DNA of 64,000 nucleotides from an uncultured Actinomycetota bacterium (GTDB lineage: Bacteria; Actinomycetota; Actinomycetes; Mycobacteriales; SCTD01). The position numbers and the translations under genes are program-made. This document shows, piece by piece, positions 61,634-64,000 of the stretch (positions within the stretch are counted from its first letter, which is position 1; every line of letters starts with the position of its first letter). The notes below the pieces were generated by a model. The model was not told where the DNA came from. It ran no database searches and saw only the letters and a list, made by a program, of their open reading frames with translations. The stretch covers positions 137,400 to 201,399 of the forward strand of contig CAVXHI010000010.1 of the NCBI GenBank assembly GCA_963761655.1. Reading direction: 5' to 3'.

Positions 61634-62293
61634 TCAGCCGAGTCCCGGCAGGGCGCCGACCGCCTGCGCGTGCCGGAGAGCGGCCACCAGGCGCTGGCCC
61701 AGAAGGCGCTGCTCCGCCGCCGAGGGGCTCGCGTCAAGGGCCGTCGGCAGGGAGGCAGCCCAGCGCGACCCGATGGGGTCGACGAAGACCGCCCCCACCT
61801 GCTCAGCGGCGTCGCGGAGCACGTCGCGGTCCTCGACGAGCGACCGCCCGTCCAGCCCGAGTGGTGCGATCAGCACGATGTCGACGTCCGGGTCCGCGGC
61901 ACGCACACCCCGGACAGATGCCGCGCCCCGGTCCGCCTGGCCGGCCTCGCTCTGCAGGACGACGAGGTCGCGTCCTGAGAGCGCTGGCCGCAGCGCCGTA
62001 CCCGCTGACAGAGGCAGCAGCGGCACGAGGCGCCACCCGAGTGTTCTCCCGGCCGCCGCAACCTGGCCCACCGGCACGCGGTCATCGGCGAGCAGCAGCA
62101 CCGAGGCGACTGCCGGACGCGGGGAGGGTGCGGCCGAGACGGCGGTCGCCGTCGGCGGAGGCACCGCGACGGCCGTGACCGCTGGACGTGCCGGTCCGGG
62201 CGCCGGCTCGCGGAGGACGACGTCGGCGGCGAGCAGGACCGTGCCGGTGGTGAGCAGCGCGAGCAGGAGGTCCCGCACCCGGTGGCTGGTCAT
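61634..62293 (-). CDS. Membrane-anchored SGNH-like protein, apparently degenerate
   Basis: N-terminal TM, Pro/Ala linker, LRDAAEQVGAVFVDP; catalytic GDS and DxxH not evident. Confidence 0.5.
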   Translation of the reverse strand: MTSHRVRDLLLALLTTGTVLLAADVVLREPAPGPARPAVTAVAVPPPTATAVSAAPSPRPAVASVLLLADDRVPVGQVAAAGRTLGWRLVPLLPLSAGTALRPALSGRDLVVLQSEAGQADRGAASVRGVRAADPDVDIVLIAPLGLDGRSLVEDRDVLRDAAEQVGAVFVDPIGSRWAASLPTALDASPSAAEQRLLGQRLVAALRHAQAVGALPGLG

Positions 62294-62302
62294 GGCAAGA
62301 GC

Positions 62303-62500
62303 CTAGAGACGTGTGCAGCCTCGCGGGGCCTGAGCAGTCCGGCGCACGACCAGGTCCCGTGACTGAAGGCATGAGAAGCGGTCGGCCGGTGTCCCGGTCC
62401 GGAAGGTGTCGAGTGCGACGACCTCGACGCCGTCGTCGAGCAGGCGCTCGCACAGGTGCGACCCGAGGAGACCATCACCACCCGTGACGACCGCCCGCAT
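62303..62500 (-). pseudogene. N-terminal fragment of an NAD-dependent sugar epimerase/decarboxylase
   Basis: [21 protein letters not shown]...VALDTFRTG; no room for the rest of the gene. Confidence 0.65.
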
Positions 62501-62510
62501 GAGCGCGAGG

Positions 62511-62627
62511 CTAGGGGGTCTCCTCTGTGGCCTCGTCAACGAGGACAGCCTCGCTGTCCGGGCCGAGGGCGAGGTCGAGCAGCAGCGAGAGCGGGATGCC
62601 GCTCGCGAGCAGTGCCATGGGGGTCAC
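62511..62627 (-). CDS. Small hypothetical protein (38 aa)
   Basis: GGAGG RBS + GTG; [38 protein letters not shown]. Confidence 0.55.
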   Translation of the reverse strand: MTPMALLASGIPLSLLLDLALGPDSEAVLVDEATEETP

Positions 62628-63015
62628 GGGTCCTCCAGAGGGTCGGTGCAGTACTGCTGCATCGGCCCACCCTCGACCTCGGGTCGAGGTCCGAACGGGT
62701 GACACGAGAAACGCGTGGACAAGCCCCGGGAGGCCGTCTTACGCTCGTCGCACACAGAGAGGAGGTGATCCAGAAATTCTTACTTCTGGGACTCGTGAGG
62801 TGGCTGTCCGCTAGGACGCCGTAGCAAGGAACGACCGGATCACCTGCGCTGCGGCGTACGGCGAATCCACGACAGGCACCAGTGACCCCGGGTGCGGCAC
62901 TCGTCCCGCCGCCCTCGATCGTCAAGCTCCGGCCCTACCCCCGGCGACGATCGTGGAAGTACCCGGGGTCTCGCCGTGCCCGGAGCCAGGAGGCGGCTGT
63001 GGCAGCCTGCTGGGC

Positions 63016-64000
<985 letters not shown>

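Noticed and set aside
62922-62950. WhiG-type promoter upstream of gmd (TCAA-N17-GGCGACGA)
   Set aside because: -10 element and spacing both deviate; not counted

Overview
Very high-GC actinobacterial chromosome segment. Gene content (mshA, senX3-regX3, ssgB, rsiG, nur) suggests a Frankiales/Geodermatophilales-like lineage. Positions 1-41.5 kb are largely conserved backbone: PP2C phosphatase, regX3-senX3, phoU, gpmA, mshA with two YbjN genes, ssgB, XRE/hbhA-like/DUF2516, MerR module, asparaginase, rsiG, DUF4388 protein, ygfZ, nur, class IV aminotransferase and a diguanylate cyclase. Inserted in it are an LPXTG surface protein, a DUF222-HNH gene with a PafBC-type promoter, a WxL/DUF916 pair and three tandem secreted proteins sharing an unfamiliar basic C-terminal domain. 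Positions 42.2-64 kb are a compositionally distinct surface-polysaccharide island (TagA/WecB-type GT, about nine more GTs, Wzm/Wzt, O-antigen ligase-like protein, acyltransferase, Wzz-like, DUF4012, LPXTG protein, tyrosine autokinase, gmd). The island is dense in frameshifts that look like long-read consensus errors, so its coordinates are approximate. Main observations: (1) a twin-motif RsiG anti-sigma plus four or more correctly placed sigma-WhiG/sigma28-type promoters (T[AC][AC]A-N16-GCCGA) upstream of the DUF4388 gene, the cyclase, the first island GT (next to an exact BldD-box match) and the LPXTG-DUF4012 unit, suggesting a c-di-GMP-controlled surface-glycan regulon; (2) the three-paralog shared-domain surface protein cassette. 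All calls are from reading the sequence; no database searches were run.
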